Part shown: one piece after another, positions 51,736-62,007 of the stretch | How positions within the stretch are numbered: the stretch's first letter is position 1 | Layout of the letters: every line of letters starts with the position of its first letter | Assembly (NCBI GenBank): GCA_041640595.1 | Contig: JBEPZY010000007.1 | Span: 117,611-181,610, forward strand | From: Gemmatales bacterium | GTDB lineage: Bacteria; Planctomycetota; Planctomycetia; Gemmatales; HRBIN36 | Reading direction: 5' to 3' | Length of the DNA stretch: 64,000 nt | The notes under the pieces: generated by a model | Databases searched by the model: none | Told to the model about the DNA's origin: nothing | What the model saw: only the letters and a program-made list of their open reading frames with translations | Position numbers and translations under genes: made by a program

Positions 51736-53742
51736 TCAGAAAATGAGGTGCTCGTAGAGGAATTCCCACAGCTCATAGAACCAGACGTAGCCGACCGAGC
51801 GGTAGCCGCAACGCACTTTGGCTCGTACTTCGGCACCGACCGGCATGCGATCGAGTTGCTGGCGAGTAATGTCCACCAGTTCGACACGTGCAAACAGGGC
51901 CGGTTCGTTATTGTGCGTGGTTACCGCACCACCCAGACCTTGCAAGTACAAAAGGCCCTTATATCGGCGATTGGGATCAGTAGCGAGGAGGAGATCGACT
52001 TCCAGTGGCTGACCACGATTCTTCACCAGGGCTTCGCGAATGTGGCCCACGTGTCGCTCCGGGATGTACATCTCGATATGCCATTCTCCTTCGCGGCGGG
52101 CAATCTGCAACAACTGGTCGCCGGGTTTGACGACTTTGCCGAGGAGTTGTTCGGTTTCCGGCGTAACTACCTCGCCACTTTTCGGAGCCACCACTTTGCC
52201 CCCGCCAGTCAATTGCAATAGCAACTGAAGCTGCGCTTTGGCTGACCAGTAGCTAAACTCCTGCCGCCATAATTCCTGAAGCAGCGATTGTTTTTCCTGA
52301 CCGGTGGCCCGATGTAAGGCCTGTTTGAGCTCGGGGATTCGTCCGCGGGCCAGTTCCATTTGCGTTTCGAGTTCGTTGATGCGGCGAAGTAACTCACGGT
52401 CTTCGATAAAGAGCAAGGGATCGCCGGCTCGAACGAAATCACCGTTTTGACGCTCGACCTTGATAATCCGTCCGGTAACCTGAGCGTAAACCGTTTGCCG
52501 ATCTTTGGGCATCAGTTGACCGCGAGCGTCGAGCCGTAATGGGTACGGCACAAAGATGAGCGCCAGTATCAACGCCAGAACCGCTCCCACCACTGCGCCA
52601 ACAATCGCCAGCCGTCGCCCGCGCAGGGCATCCTTGACGTTGGCTAAAGGCACGAGCAACCAGCGTAGCGGTAACCGGCGATATTCCAGGGCGTTGTAAA
52701 GTGCAGGGGCAGCATGTCGGCCGACAACTTCCGCGCGGGCCAGCAAGGTTTCTGCCGAGATGGCCGGTTCAAAGCACTCGACCAATAAGGCCGAGCGAGC
52801 CGGCCGATCTTTGCGTTCCTTTTCCCGTTCGTCCCGCAGCGGCAACAGAACCAGCAGTTTGCTGGGGCTTTCAGCTAGGTAAGCGTCCAGCGCTTTCAAA
52901 ACCTGGGGTGGCAGCGATTCATCCTTCTTGCCGGTGTAGGTGAGCGTTTCGCCCCAATCGAGAACATGATGACACAATTCGCGCATAGTGCGAACCAGTA
53001 CGCTCCGCTTTTCAACGACATCTACGCCACTGACGGCTTCGATCCGCGTGGATTGCCCCAGGCGAGTTGCCACGCTGACCCGATCACATTCCATGATTCG
53101 CCGGCCTTCGTTGGCCACGACGTATGCAATCTCACGCGGATTCAAGCTGGCGTGCACCTGGCGGGAAAACGCTTCCAGCTGGCTCCAGACTTGCTGCTGC
53201 CCTAGCACCTGCCGCAATTGCTGATGGTGAAGGTAGCGCCCAACCAGCTCGGCGCAGGCACTCAGCAATTGCATCATGCCGCGCTGCACGGAAGGCGGAC
53301 GATTCGGGTCAATCCAGACTTCGAGGATGGCCGCAAGTTGTTTCTCCACCAGTACCGGCAAAAGCAGCAAAGTATATCCCGTGAGATTGGCCGGGCCTGC
53401 TGCACCGCTCATCGGCGGAAGCAAACGGGGACGTGCCGTTGTGGCCACCTGCCGCATCAGTTCATCATGGGCAGCACGCACCTGGTCGCCGCTTTCAAGT
53501 TGGAGGGAAGGGAAGTTGATGTGATACTGGAGTTGCAGGTTACCCTGCGGCGTTTTCGTCCAGAAAGCGGCACCGACAGCATTGAGGCTGGAAACGATCC
53601 TTTGCAAAAACTCCGCGAAAAACTCCAGAGGCGACAATGCCGACTCTGCCAGTTGCGACAGCTCCTGTAAAAAACGCTGGATGCGTTGCCGCGTTTGTTC
53701 CAGTGCTTGTTCTTCGACGCTCTGGCGCGGTTCAGAACTCAT
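51736..53742 (-). CDS. GAF-like domain-HlyD fusion membrane-fusion protein
   Basis: N-terminal GAF-like regions (VANEGRRIMECDRVSV), TM, VYAQVTGRI..NGDFVRAGD, APKSGEV, MPVGAEVRAKVRCG. Confidence 0.82.
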   Translation of the reverse strand: MSSEPRQSVEEQALEQTRQRIQRFLQELSQLAESALSPLEFFAEFLQRIVSSLNAVGAAFWTKTPQGNLQLQYHINFPSLQLESGDQVRAAHDELMRQVATTARPRLLPPMSGAAGPANLTGYTLLLLPVLVEKQLAAILEVWIDPNRPPSVQRGMMQLLSACAELVGRYLHHQQLRQVLGQQQVWSQLEAFSRQVHASLNPREIAYVVANEGRRIMECDRVSVATRLGQSTRIEAVSGVDVVEKRSVLVRTMRELCHHVLDWGETLTYTGKKDESLPPQVLKALDAYLAESPSKLLVLLPLRDEREKERKDRPARSALLVECFEPAISAETLLARAEVVGRHAAPALYNALEYRRLPLRWLLVPLANVKDALRGRRLAIVGAVVGAVLALILALIFVPYPLRLDARGQLMPKDRQTVYAQVTGRIIKVERQNGDFVRAGDPLLFIEDRELLRRINELETQMELARGRIPELKQALHRATGQEKQSLLQELWRQEFSYWSAKAQLQLLLQLTGGGKVVAPKSGEVVTPETEQLLGKVVKPGDQLLQIARREGEWHIEMYIPERHVGHIREALVKNRGQPLEVDLLLATDPNRRYKGLLYLQGLGGAVTTHNNEPALFARVELVDITRQQLDRMPVGAEVRAKVRCGYRSVGYVWFYELWEFLYEHLIF

Positions 53743-54170
53743 CTTGGTTCCCCTGCGGGTGCCGACATTCGACTGACCGACCTGTGTTCGACTATTCGAT
53801 TCCTGACCGAGCACATTCGCGGTGGCTCAGTAGGGTAATGTTACTGCTGTGGCGTTGCGTACCCGTCTAAATAGCCACCGACTGCTTATGAAGTCAGGAT
53901 TGGTTGCGGTGCGGACAAGTGTCCCGGCTAAAGATCGGCGACCGATCCTGCCAGCCTTTTATCATGCTACCCGATTTGCCGCTTTTTCGCAAGGCAACCG
54001 AGTAGGTTTTTGTGATTTTTCGTCGTGTTTCCTTGCTCCGAACAGGTGTGGCGCTTAGGATGGCAATGGCATTTCCGAGGATTGCTCTGAACCGACCGGC
54101 TTTTCCAGAACTTCGGGAATGGGTGCCGGCTTGCAACAATGCCAGACAGATACACAGCGGGGCGTGGATT

Positions 54171-55157
54171 ATGGCGTTGCCCAGGCAAACTATAGCACTG
54201 TTGAAATCGGCCCGTCAGCTGGCGGTGGAGACATCGGCCGATGCCATCCTGTTACTCACCGAAACCAATCTCGACTGGAATGAGGTTCGCACGGCCCTGG
54301 AAGGTTGCCGGCTACTGGTGGCTGCTCAGGATGAGGAACTTGCTAGTCGCATCAAACGCGAACCCGGTTTGACCGTGCTGGACAGCCATCCGGGACCGTT
54401 ACCGGTACGCGACCGCCTGAGCATGGCTCTCTTGGAAGCGGTGGCTGCCGAACAGTTGCGCTTCGGTGCCCATGTCGTGGCACTGTATAACGGTATCGAG
54501 GTCGAAGACCGACCCGACCAGATTGACAGCATGAGCCTGATCCACCTCGACGAGCACCTGGAACGGCTCTCGGCACGGGAATTACGCCGGCTTCACACTA
54601 AAGTACCGCTTGAGACCCTGAAGGCGGTAGTGGACCTGGCAACCGAAATCGGTCGGGAAGGTAGGGAAGGCAAGCCTATCGGTACTATGTTTGTCGTAGG
54701 TGACCATCGCAAAGTGCTGGCTCGTTCGCGCCCGATCGGTTTCGACCCGGTGCGCGGTTACAGTCGCAAGGAGCGTAACCTCCGCGACCGTTGGGTACGC
54801 GAAAGCGTCAAAGAAATCGCCAAGCTCGACGGGGCGATCATCGTCAACAAAGATGGCACCATTGAGGCAGCCGCACGCTTCATTGAAGTGAAAACGGAGG
54901 GCGTCAACCTCGGTAAAGGACTGGGTGCCCGGCATTGGACAGCAGCAGCCATTTCTAAAGTTACCAATGCGATCGCGGTTACCGTGAGCGAATCCACCGG
55001 CGTGGTACGAATATTTCAGGATGGAGAGATTGTGCTGCACATCGAACCCATGGCCCCGCGACCGGTTGTGTGGCGTCAGTTCCAGCTGGAAGCGGCCGAT
55101 CCAGACGGCTCGCCGTTCAACTTTCAGGAAGGTCAGCGATTGGCTTCGACGAAGTGA
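54171..55157 (+). CDS. Diadenylate cyclase (DisA_N/DAC domain; DacZ-like architecture)
   Basis: EGREGKPIGTMF, catalytic LDGA, GLGARHW, VSESTG. Confidence 0.88.
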   Translation: MALPRQTIALLKSARQLAVETSADAILLLTETNLDWNEVRTALEGCRLLVAAQDEELASRIKREPGLTVLDSHPGPLPVRDRLSMALLEAVAAEQLRFGAHVVALYNGIEVEDRPDQIDSMSLIHLDEHLERLSARELRRLHTKVPLETLKAVVDLATEIGREGREGKPIGTMFVVGDHRKVLARSRPIGFDPVRGYSRKERNLRDRWVRESVKEIAKLDGAIIVNKDGTIEAAARFIEVKTEGVNLGKGLGARHWTAAAISKVTNAIAVTVSESTGVVRIFQDGEIVLHIEPMAPRPVVWRQFQLEAADPDGSPFNFQEGQRLASTK

Positions 55158-55475
55158 GTCCGGATTGTGCTGAGCGCCTCGTGCTTTGGCTGGCCATTTC
55201 GGCGTCGAAACGACGGCATTCGCTGGGTTGGTCGCGTTGGCTGATTTGCTGCTGGTTCCGCGAATAAAGTGCGACTTACCCACCGATTGACCGGGGTAAG
55301 CCAACGCATATCTTTTTACTGCCGAGCTTGCAACCGGTGTCGCGAGACATCAGGGAAAACGGGGCGACCCTTTCCGTAACCCACTGGGGGTGCAACGGAA
55401 ATCCCTTGCATGCGTCGGTAGGCAGGCCGGCCTTATCTGCCACAATAAGCTACGCGTTTCCATTGGGGACCTTAT

Positions 55476-56960
55476 ATGGACAAACCGCAGTCAACCGCTC
55501 TGCTTTTCGAGCTGAGCCGACCTGGGCGACGATGTCATCGTGTGCCCGCCTGTGATGTGCCGACCGGCGAAGAGCTATTACCAAAGCGCTTCCTGGCCGA
55601 CGCTCCTCCGCCGTTGCCGGAACTCAGCGAACTGGATGTGGTTCGACACTTCGTCAACCTATCCGTTCGTAACATGAGTGTAGATACGAACTTTTATCCG
55701 CTCGGTTCCTGCACCATGAAATACAATCCGAAGCGGCACGAGCGGTTGGCCAGTTTGCCAGGACTGACGCAAGTGCATCCGTTGCAGGACGAAAGTACCG
55801 TCCAGGGTTTGCTGGAATTGCTGTGGCATTTGCAAAACTTGCTGGCGGAGATCGCCGGACTGCCTGCGGTTTCGCTCCAACCGGCGGCTGGCGCTCAGGG
55901 CGAATTAACAGCCTTACTGATTGCGGCGGCGTATTTCAAACACCGGAACGAATCGCGTAATCTGGTGCTGATACCCGATAGTGCTCATGGCACCAACCCG
56001 GCCAGCGCTGCCATCGCCGGTTTCCAGGTAGTTACCGTCCGAAGCAACAGCCAGGGTCTGGTGGACTTGCAGGATTTTATCGCCAAACTCAATGACCGAG
56101 TGGCGGTGTTCATGATCACCAATCCCAACACGCTCGGCCTGTTTGAAACGAACATTCTGGAAATCAGCCGGCGGGTGCACGATCACGGCGGTCTGGTTTA
56201 TCTCGATGGAGCGAATATGAATGCGTTGCTGGGCCGTTGTCGTCCCGGTGATTTCGGGGCCGACATGATGCATTACAATGTTCACAAAACCTTTACCGGG
56301 CCGCATGGTTCGGGCGGACCGGGAGCCGGGCCGATTGCCGTGCGGGAGTTCCTTGCCCCGTTTTTGCCGGTACCAATTGTGGCTCGCGACCAATCGGGGC
56401 GATTTTATCTGGACGAGGATCGACCGCTTTCGATTGGCCGGGTACGGAGCTTTTTCGGAAACGTGGGCATTTTGATTCGCGGCTATTGCTACCTGCGAAC
56501 GCTGGGGCCGGAGGGTTTGCGGCAGGTGAGCGAACAGGCGGTGCTCAACGCGAATTACCTGCTGCATCGGGTTGCTGCGTTCCTGGATGTGCCACACGGG
56601 CAACGTTGCATGCACGAGTTTGTGGCCAGCGCTGGACGACTCAAACGTGAACGGGGCATCACCGCTATGGATATCGCCAAGCGCCTGCTCGATTTCGGCT
56701 TCCATGCCCCAACGGTCTATTTCCCGCTCACTGTCCCAGAAGCCCTGATGATTGAGCCAACCGAGACCGAGAACAAAGAAACCCTGGACGCATTCGCAGA
56801 TACCCTGCGGCAAATCGTGCAAGAAGATGCGGCTTATTTACGTCAAGCCCCGCATTCGTTGCCGATTAGCCGACCTGATGAGGTTCGCGCTGCCCGGGAA
56901 CCTGTCCTTCGGTGGCAGCCGGCGAAATCTGTCGCACCTTCATCGGCGACTGCTTCGTGA
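55476..56960 (+). CDS. gcvPB: Glycine dehydrogenase (decarboxylating) subunit 2
   Basis: YPLGSCTMKYNP, QPAAGAQGE, SAHGTNPASA, HYNVHKTF, MIEPTETE. Confidence 0.95.
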   Translation: MDKPQSTALLFELSRPGRRCHRVPACDVPTGEELLPKRFLADAPPPLPELSELDVVRHFVNLSVRNMSVDTNFYPLGSCTMKYNPKRHERLASLPGLTQVHPLQDESTVQGLLELLWHLQNLLAEIAGLPAVSLQPAAGAQGELTALLIAAAYFKHRNESRNLVLIPDSAHGTNPASAAIAGFQVVTVRSNSQGLVDLQDFIAKLNDRVAVFMITNPNTLGLFETNILEISRRVHDHGGLVYLDGANMNALLGRCRPGDFGADMMHYNVHKTFTGPHGSGGPGAGPIAVREFLAPFLPVPIVARDQSGRFYLDEDRPLSIGRVRSFFGNVGILIRGYCYLRTLGPEGLRQVSEQAVLNANYLLHRVAAFLDVPHGQRCMHEFVASAGRLKRERGITAMDIAKRLLDFGFHAPTVYFPLTVPEALMIEPTETENKETLDAFADTLRQIVQEDAAYLRQAPHSLPISRPDEVRAAREPVLRWQPAKSVAPSSATAS

Positions 56961-57769
56961 GGCAGAGCGAATACGAGCGGTTCATGGTGGCTATTTTTCG
57001 CATCTTGCCGGTGTTGAACGCCGATGGTCCTTTGCAAATGGCCCTCGATGAAGTGTTGCTCCAACAGGCCGAGCGAGGTATTCCTTCCTTTCGGATTTAC
57101 CTGTGGAACGAACCGACGCTCAGCCTCGGCTATTTTCAGTCTGCGGGTGACCGGCTGCGTGATCCGGCACTGGCAGGTTTGCCGTTTGTGCGGCGCATGA
57201 CCGGGGGCGGTGCGATTGTGCATGGCAGGGCGGTTGCTTTAGCGGAAGGCGTAACGCTCACCGACTGGACATACGCCATGACTTTACCGTCGGTGCTGGT
57301 GGCGGGGAAAGCAGCCTGTCATTGGCATCTGGCTATTCATGGCGCTTTGTGTCGGGTTTTGCAGCAATTGGGCGTGGCTGCGGAAGTGGTGGAACCGGTG
57401 CCTGGAGAGATTAGCTGCGGGGAGGCTCACGTCTCATCGGTTCAAGCGGCGGATAGTGCCCAGAAACAACCTGCCTCCTTATCGGGGCGCGACTTCCTGT
57501 GTTTCGCTCGACCGGCTGCGGGAGATATTGTCTGGCAATGTCATAAAATTGTCGGCAGCGCTCAGCGATTGCGAAAGGGAGCTCTGTTGCAGCACGGTTC
57601 AATGTTTTTGCCTCATTGGCCCTGTGAATGGAAAACACTGGCCGAGTTATGGCTGGCCGAGCTTGGCTGGTCCGGTCAAATAACGCCCTGGCAGGAGCAG
57701 GAATTCGAGTTGGCCCAGCGACTAGCCGAAAGTAAGTACCGCCAGCCTACCTGGAATCTTCGCCGGTAA
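56957..57769 (+). CDS. Lipoate-protein ligase/octanoyltransferase family protein
   Basis: QMALDE, PTLSLGYFQ, RRMTGGGAIVH, KIVGSAQ, LLQHGS. GTGA overlap with the gcvPB stop; alternative ATG at 56984. Confidence 0.88.
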   Translation: MRQSEYERFMVAIFRILPVLNADGPLQMALDEVLLQQAERGIPSFRIYLWNEPTLSLGYFQSAGDRLRDPALAGLPFVRRMTGGGAIVHGRAVALAEGVTLTDWTYAMTLPSVLVAGKAACHWHLAIHGALCRVLQQLGVAAEVVEPVPGEISCGEAHVSSVQAADSAQKQPASLSGRDFLCFARPAAGDIVWQCHKIVGSAQRLRKGALLQHGSMFLPHWPCEWKTLAELWLAELGWSGQITPWQEQEFELAQRLAESKYRQPTWNLRR

Positions 57770-57783
57770 CACTGGCAGCATGC

Positions 57784-59232
57784 TTACTCCGGAAGTGGTT
57801 TTCCTTTGGTTTCCGGAGCGAACGGGAGCAGCACGAGCGGCACAAGATAGATCAGCGACAGTGTCAGTGCCGCGTAACGCAATGGAGTATCAATACTGCC
57901 CCAACTGCTCAGCCAGGTCAGCTCGGACAGGCCAAGTTTGCCTCGCTCCGAATCCGCTGGGGCAGCGAAGAGCCCCGTAATCAGCCCCAGTCCCATGGGG
58001 CCTAAAGCGGCGATGTAACGAGCAACGTTGTAGCAAAATCCAGTGCCGGTTGACCGCAATCGCGTCGGATACAGCTCCGGGAAGTAAATGGCAAATCCAC
58101 CAAAAACCATCAGCGTGCTGAAGCCAAGAATCGGGATCATCCAGTAAATCTCGCCGGTTTCGGTCAGGAAGCCAAACACCATTACCGTCGCGGCAAAGGC
58201 GGCCAGGTAAGCAATCGCAAAGGCCATGCGGCGATTTGTCCAGGCCGTCAGCACGCTGAATAAATAGATGCCGAAAAATGCTCCCAGGTTTTGCAGGAAG
58301 GAAGTGAGAAACACATACCGACTCTGTTGCTCTTTCGGGACAAAAGAGCGCACCAGTTCCGGCGTCCAGAAGCCAATACCCCAGAGGCCCACCACACCGC
58401 AGAAGGCCAGCGATACGCCAATAAACGTGTGGTAGCGCCAGCGGCGATCGGTAAACATTTCCCGCAGGTCGCCGAGTTGCCGGGCGGCAGCGTCGGCCGA
58501 TTTTCCCCGCGCCAAAGCTTCTCGCGCCTGCACCCAGCTTTCCGGTTCGCGTAAACGACGGCGAATGATGACCACGAGCAACGCTGGCAGAATCCCAACG
58601 AGAAACACCAACCGCCAGGCGGTCAGACCGGCCAGACCTTCTTCCGGCGCCAGTCCGAATATGACCCAGTAGATAACTGCCGCTAACATGTTGCCCACGG
58701 CCGATAGTGCCTGAAGTAAACCAAGCGCAAAAGGTCGAGCCCGCGTCGGCATAACCTCAGCAACCAGGGCTACGCCAGCGGCAAATTCTCCGCCCACTCC
58801 CAGCCCCGTCAAAAACCGATACACCGCAAAGTCCCACCAGCCTACCGATAAAGCCGACAGACCAGTAAACACTGAGTAGATCAGAATGGTCAACAGCATG
58901 GTGCGTGCCCGACCCCAGCGGTCGCCAAACATGCCGAATACCAGCCCACCGGTCGCCCACCCGATGATGAAGATGCTCGTCGCAAAACCACCGTAGCGCG
59001 CCACTTCCGGACTTTGCGGTGTCTGGCCCAGCAATTCGGCAATGGCCGGTTGTCGCACCAAAACGAATAGCTGCTGGTCCATCGTGTCGAACAGCCAGCC
59101 CAGCGCCGCCACTATCAGCACGAACCAGTGGTAACTATTCAATTCCGACCACCAGGGTCGGCTGGTCTGCCCCTGGATTCCGTTGGTGAACGCTGGGCGT
59201 TCAGAAGAGGGCATGTGCTCGGGTGTGTGCAT
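57784..59232 (-). CDS. MFS transporter
   Basis: GWLFDTMD, GDRWGR, GLGVGGEFAAG, PELYPTRLRSTG; multiple TM helices. Confidence 0.92.
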   Translation of the reverse strand: MHTPEHMPSSERPAFTNGIQGQTSRPWWSELNSYHWFVLIVAALGWLFDTMDQQLFVLVRQPAIAELLGQTPQSPEVARYGGFATSIFIIGWATGGLVFGMFGDRWGRARTMLLTILIYSVFTGLSALSVGWWDFAVYRFLTGLGVGGEFAAGVALVAEVMPTRARPFALGLLQALSAVGNMLAAVIYWVIFGLAPEEGLAGLTAWRLVFLVGILPALLVVIIRRRLREPESWVQAREALARGKSADAAARQLGDLREMFTDRRWRYHTFIGVSLAFCGVVGLWGIGFWTPELVRSFVPKEQQSRYVFLTSFLQNLGAFFGIYLFSVLTAWTNRRMAFAIAYLAAFAATVMVFGFLTETGEIYWMIPILGFSTLMVFGGFAIYFPELYPTRLRSTGTGFCYNVARYIAALGPMGLGLITGLFAAPADSERGKLGLSELTWLSSWGSIDTPLRYAALTLSLIYLVPLVLLPFAPETKGKPLPE

Positions 59233-59282
59233 CGGCGGTTCCTTTTTTCGCAAGACCGGCTTTGGCCTGCTCGGCCAGACTT

Positions 59283-60125
59283 TCAGGTCTGGCTTCGCGT
59301 CGCGTCCCAAATAAATCCGAAGAGTCGCTGCTTGGCGGACTGATCCAGTGCTGCCCCGTATTCACAGGGCTCAAAGACCTCAGCAAACTCCACACGAACC
59401 CCGTGGGTAGGTCCGTAGGCAGACATGAGCAACTCCCGGAAACGCTCCGCTTGCCGGCGAAGCCTGGGCAAGAATTGCTCCGCGAGCCATTGGCGCCGGG
59501 CCTCCGGCGTACCAGGCACCTCGTGCAATCGCCCGGTGTTATACGGCAGCCATTCGTAGAACTGCGACTGATGGCAGTGGAGCATGTCCAGGATGGTGTT
59601 CACCACCGGTCCCACATCAATGGCAACCTCCGGCTGAAACGGATACGGTTTCTGAAATTCGTCGGGGAAATAGCAAATTACCGGGTCGCGTGGCAGGTGC
59701 GGCACTTCTGGCGCAATCGCCGGCACCGTCAGCAGATATGCGGAGTCCTGCACAAGCTGACTCGTGTAACGATGGTCGGGATGATAGTCATTGGGGCGGT
59801 GCGTGAGCACCAGATCGGGGCGAAACTGCCGGATCAGTCGGATCATCCACAATCGGTTCTCCAACGTCGGCACCAGATGGCCGTCGGGCTGCGAGCCGAT
59901 TTCGTATTCCGCCCCGATGATACTGCAAGCTGCTGCGAATTCTCGACTGCGCCTTGCGGCCAGCGCTGGACCGGGATGCTCATGATGTCCTGCCTGACCA
60001 TTGGTAACGCTCACCATTTTGACCACGTGGCCGAACTGCCGATACAGCGTCGCCAGTCCTCCGGCATGATACTCACAATCATCAGGATGGGCTCCGATAA
60101 GCAGCAGCCGCAATGGTTCGCTCAT
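59283..60125 (-). CDS. PIG-L/LmbE family deacetylase
   Basis: GAHPDDCE, DYHPDH, HQSQF. Confidence 0.92.
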   Translation of the reverse strand: MSEPLRLLLIGAHPDDCEYHAGGLATLYRQFGHVVKMVSVTNGQAGHHEHPGPALAARRSREFAAACSIIGAEYEIGSQPDGHLVPTLENRLWMIRLIRQFRPDLVLTHRPNDYHPDHRYTSQLVQDSAYLLTVPAIAPEVPHLPRDPVICYFPDEFQKPYPFQPEVAIDVGPVVNTILDMLHCHQSQFYEWLPYNTGRLHEVPGTPEARRQWLAEQFLPRLRRQAERFRELLMSAYGPTHGVRVEFAEVFEPCEYGAALDQSAKQRLFGFIWDATRSQT

Positions 60126-60314
60126 GCTTTCAGCCTCAGCTCAGCGGTTATACTTTGCCTTCTTTGACCCGGAGACCCGTTCTGGTCATCGCATAGGGTA
60201 TAGCTCCGGGGCAGACGAAACCAGTCCACAAACCCGTTTCCCTTGCGTAAGATCATTGGCGAAGCGATAGGTGCTCGCGTTTCTGCTTGGCTATCCGGCA
60301 ACTGGAGGTGCCTT

Positions 60315-60989
60315 ATGCCCAGTCCGTTTCCCGGCATGGATCCTTACCTCGAAGAAGCCTGTATCTGGCCGGCTTTTCAGCAGGAATTTCTCCTTGGACT
60401 GGCCGATTTCATTCGCCGGAAGGCTCGCAGCGAGTATTCACTGCGTTTGGATGAATACTCCTACACGCACACGCTGACTTTGTTTACCTCCGTTGTCCAG
60501 GAGGAGCATCACGAAAAATTTCTGGAAATTCGCACCCGTAGCGGTCGTTTGGTGACGCGGATCGAGTTGCTTGGAATCGGCGTCCGCACGCTGTCAACGG
60601 GTCGAGAGGTTTATCAACGCCTTCGCGAAGCCACGCTCAAACAAGGAGTCAATCTCGTCGAACTCGATTTCCTCCTGCAAGGCCGGTCTCCGTTGCCCGT
60701 GGATCGCAGTCATCTGCCAGCTTTCGATTATCTGGTGGGGATCGTACGTAGTCGCTCTCCCGATCGCTACGAACTGCACACATTCACTATTGACCGGCGT
60801 CTTCCCAAGATTCGCCTGCCACTATTGCCTGACGATAACGATTTGATGGTGGACTTGCAGGAGATTTTCGATCGCACCTATGATCGCCTGGATTTTCACC
60901 TGGACTATGGCAAGCCACCTCCCGTACTCGTGCCGGAAAGTACCGCCCGCTGGATTGACCAGATACTTCGCGAGTACCGCACTGACTGA
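60315..60989 (+). CDS. DUF4058 family protein
   Basis: MPSPFPGMDPYLE start, LVELDFLLQG, RLPKIRLPL, DLQEIFDRTYD. GGAGGT RBS. Confidence 0.88.
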   Translation: MPSPFPGMDPYLEEACIWPAFQQEFLLGLADFIRRKARSEYSLRLDEYSYTHTLTLFTSVVQEEHHEKFLEIRTRSGRLVTRIELLGIGVRTLSTGREVYQRLREATLKQGVNLVELDFLLQGRSPLPVDRSHLPAFDYLVGIVRSRSPDRYELHTFTIDRRLPKIRLPLLPDDNDLMVDLQEIFDRTYDRLDFHLDYGKPPPVLVPESTARWIDQILREYRTD

Positions 60990-61037
60990 TGCGTGCGGAA
61001 TAGCATGCCCGTCGAGTTTCCGTAAGAAGGTCGGTCT

Positions 61038-61589
61038 ATGGCCCAGCCTCGCGTTCATCCGCCGGTTGTGCTTATCGTCGCTGCATTCAGTCGCTATCCT
61101 GATGCACTGCAATGGGCAACAGAACAATTACAAGAGAAATTCGGCCCCATTCTGGCGGTTTCTGATCCTTTCGACTTTGACCATACCGATTATTACACGG
61201 CCACTATGGGAAAAAACCTCCGCAAGCAACTGCTGGCCTTTGAAAATCTCATCCTGCCCGAAAGCCTGCCCGAGATCAAACTGCTCACCAACGACCTGGA
61301 AAACACCCTGGCGCAATCTGGCCGCTATCCGGAACCACGTCCTGTCAATCTTGACCCTGGCTATCTCGACGCCGGTAAGTTCATTTTGGCTACCACCAAA
61401 GACCATGCCCACCGCATCTACCTTCGCCAGGGTATTTTTGCCGAGGTTACTCTTTACTACGAGGGAAAACAATTTCGCCCCTGGCCGTGGACTTATCGCG
61501 ATTACCGCCAACCCTTAGTTTTGGATTTTCTGGAACAGGTGCGCACCTGGTATCGCCGACGGCTGCACGAATCTGCGGCAAATAGTTAG
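61038..61589 (+). CDS. DUF4416 family protein
   Basis: FDHTDYY..MG, RPVNLDPGYL, ILATTKDHAHRIYL, PWTYRDY. Confidence 0.88.
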   Translation: MAQPRVHPPVVLIVAAFSRYPDALQWATEQLQEKFGPILAVSDPFDFDHTDYYTATMGKNLRKQLLAFENLILPESLPEIKLLTNDLENTLAQSGRYPEPRPVNLDPGYLDAGKFILATTKDHAHRIYLRQGIFAEVTLYYEGKQFRPWPWTYRDYRQPLVLDFLEQVRTWYRRRLHESAANS

Positions 61590-61768
61590 CCCTGCAAATC
61601 CAGCCATTGCTGGAGCGATTGAATTTCCGGATGCCCGGCTAATCCATCCGGATGGTTTTCCTCCAGAGTCGGTGCAGCCAGAACAGGGTTGTGTTGCTGG
61701 TCGTCGTCGCCATCTTCCAGGGCCGGAGGAATTTCGACCACCACACGCTTACCAAAATAGGCCGGCAT
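61586..61768 (-). CDS. Possible small acidic protein (60 aa)
   Basis: GGGGA upstream of ATG; stop overlaps the convergent DUF4416 stop; fills an otherwise empty gap. Confidence 0.45.
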   Translation of the reverse strand: MPAYFGKRVVVEIPPALEDGDDDQQHNPVLAAPTLEENHPDGLAGHPEIQSLQQWLDLQG

Positions 61769-62007
61769 AGTTTCGTCCCCTGGATCGGTATGCCAACTAA
61801 TGAGAATTGCACCACCATCCGACCCTTGCATGGCCGGCTGGGGTTATCCATTTTGGTACCGGGAGCTACGCGACTATGCCCGGTTCCCATACTATTCTAA
61901 AACACAAACCCCTAATATACCGTGGCCGGGCCAGCCAATTTTGCTTCCTTGCTCGACCTTGCACCGGTATAAACGGACTGGGGCGGAAATTCAGTCGGGA
62001 GACCATC

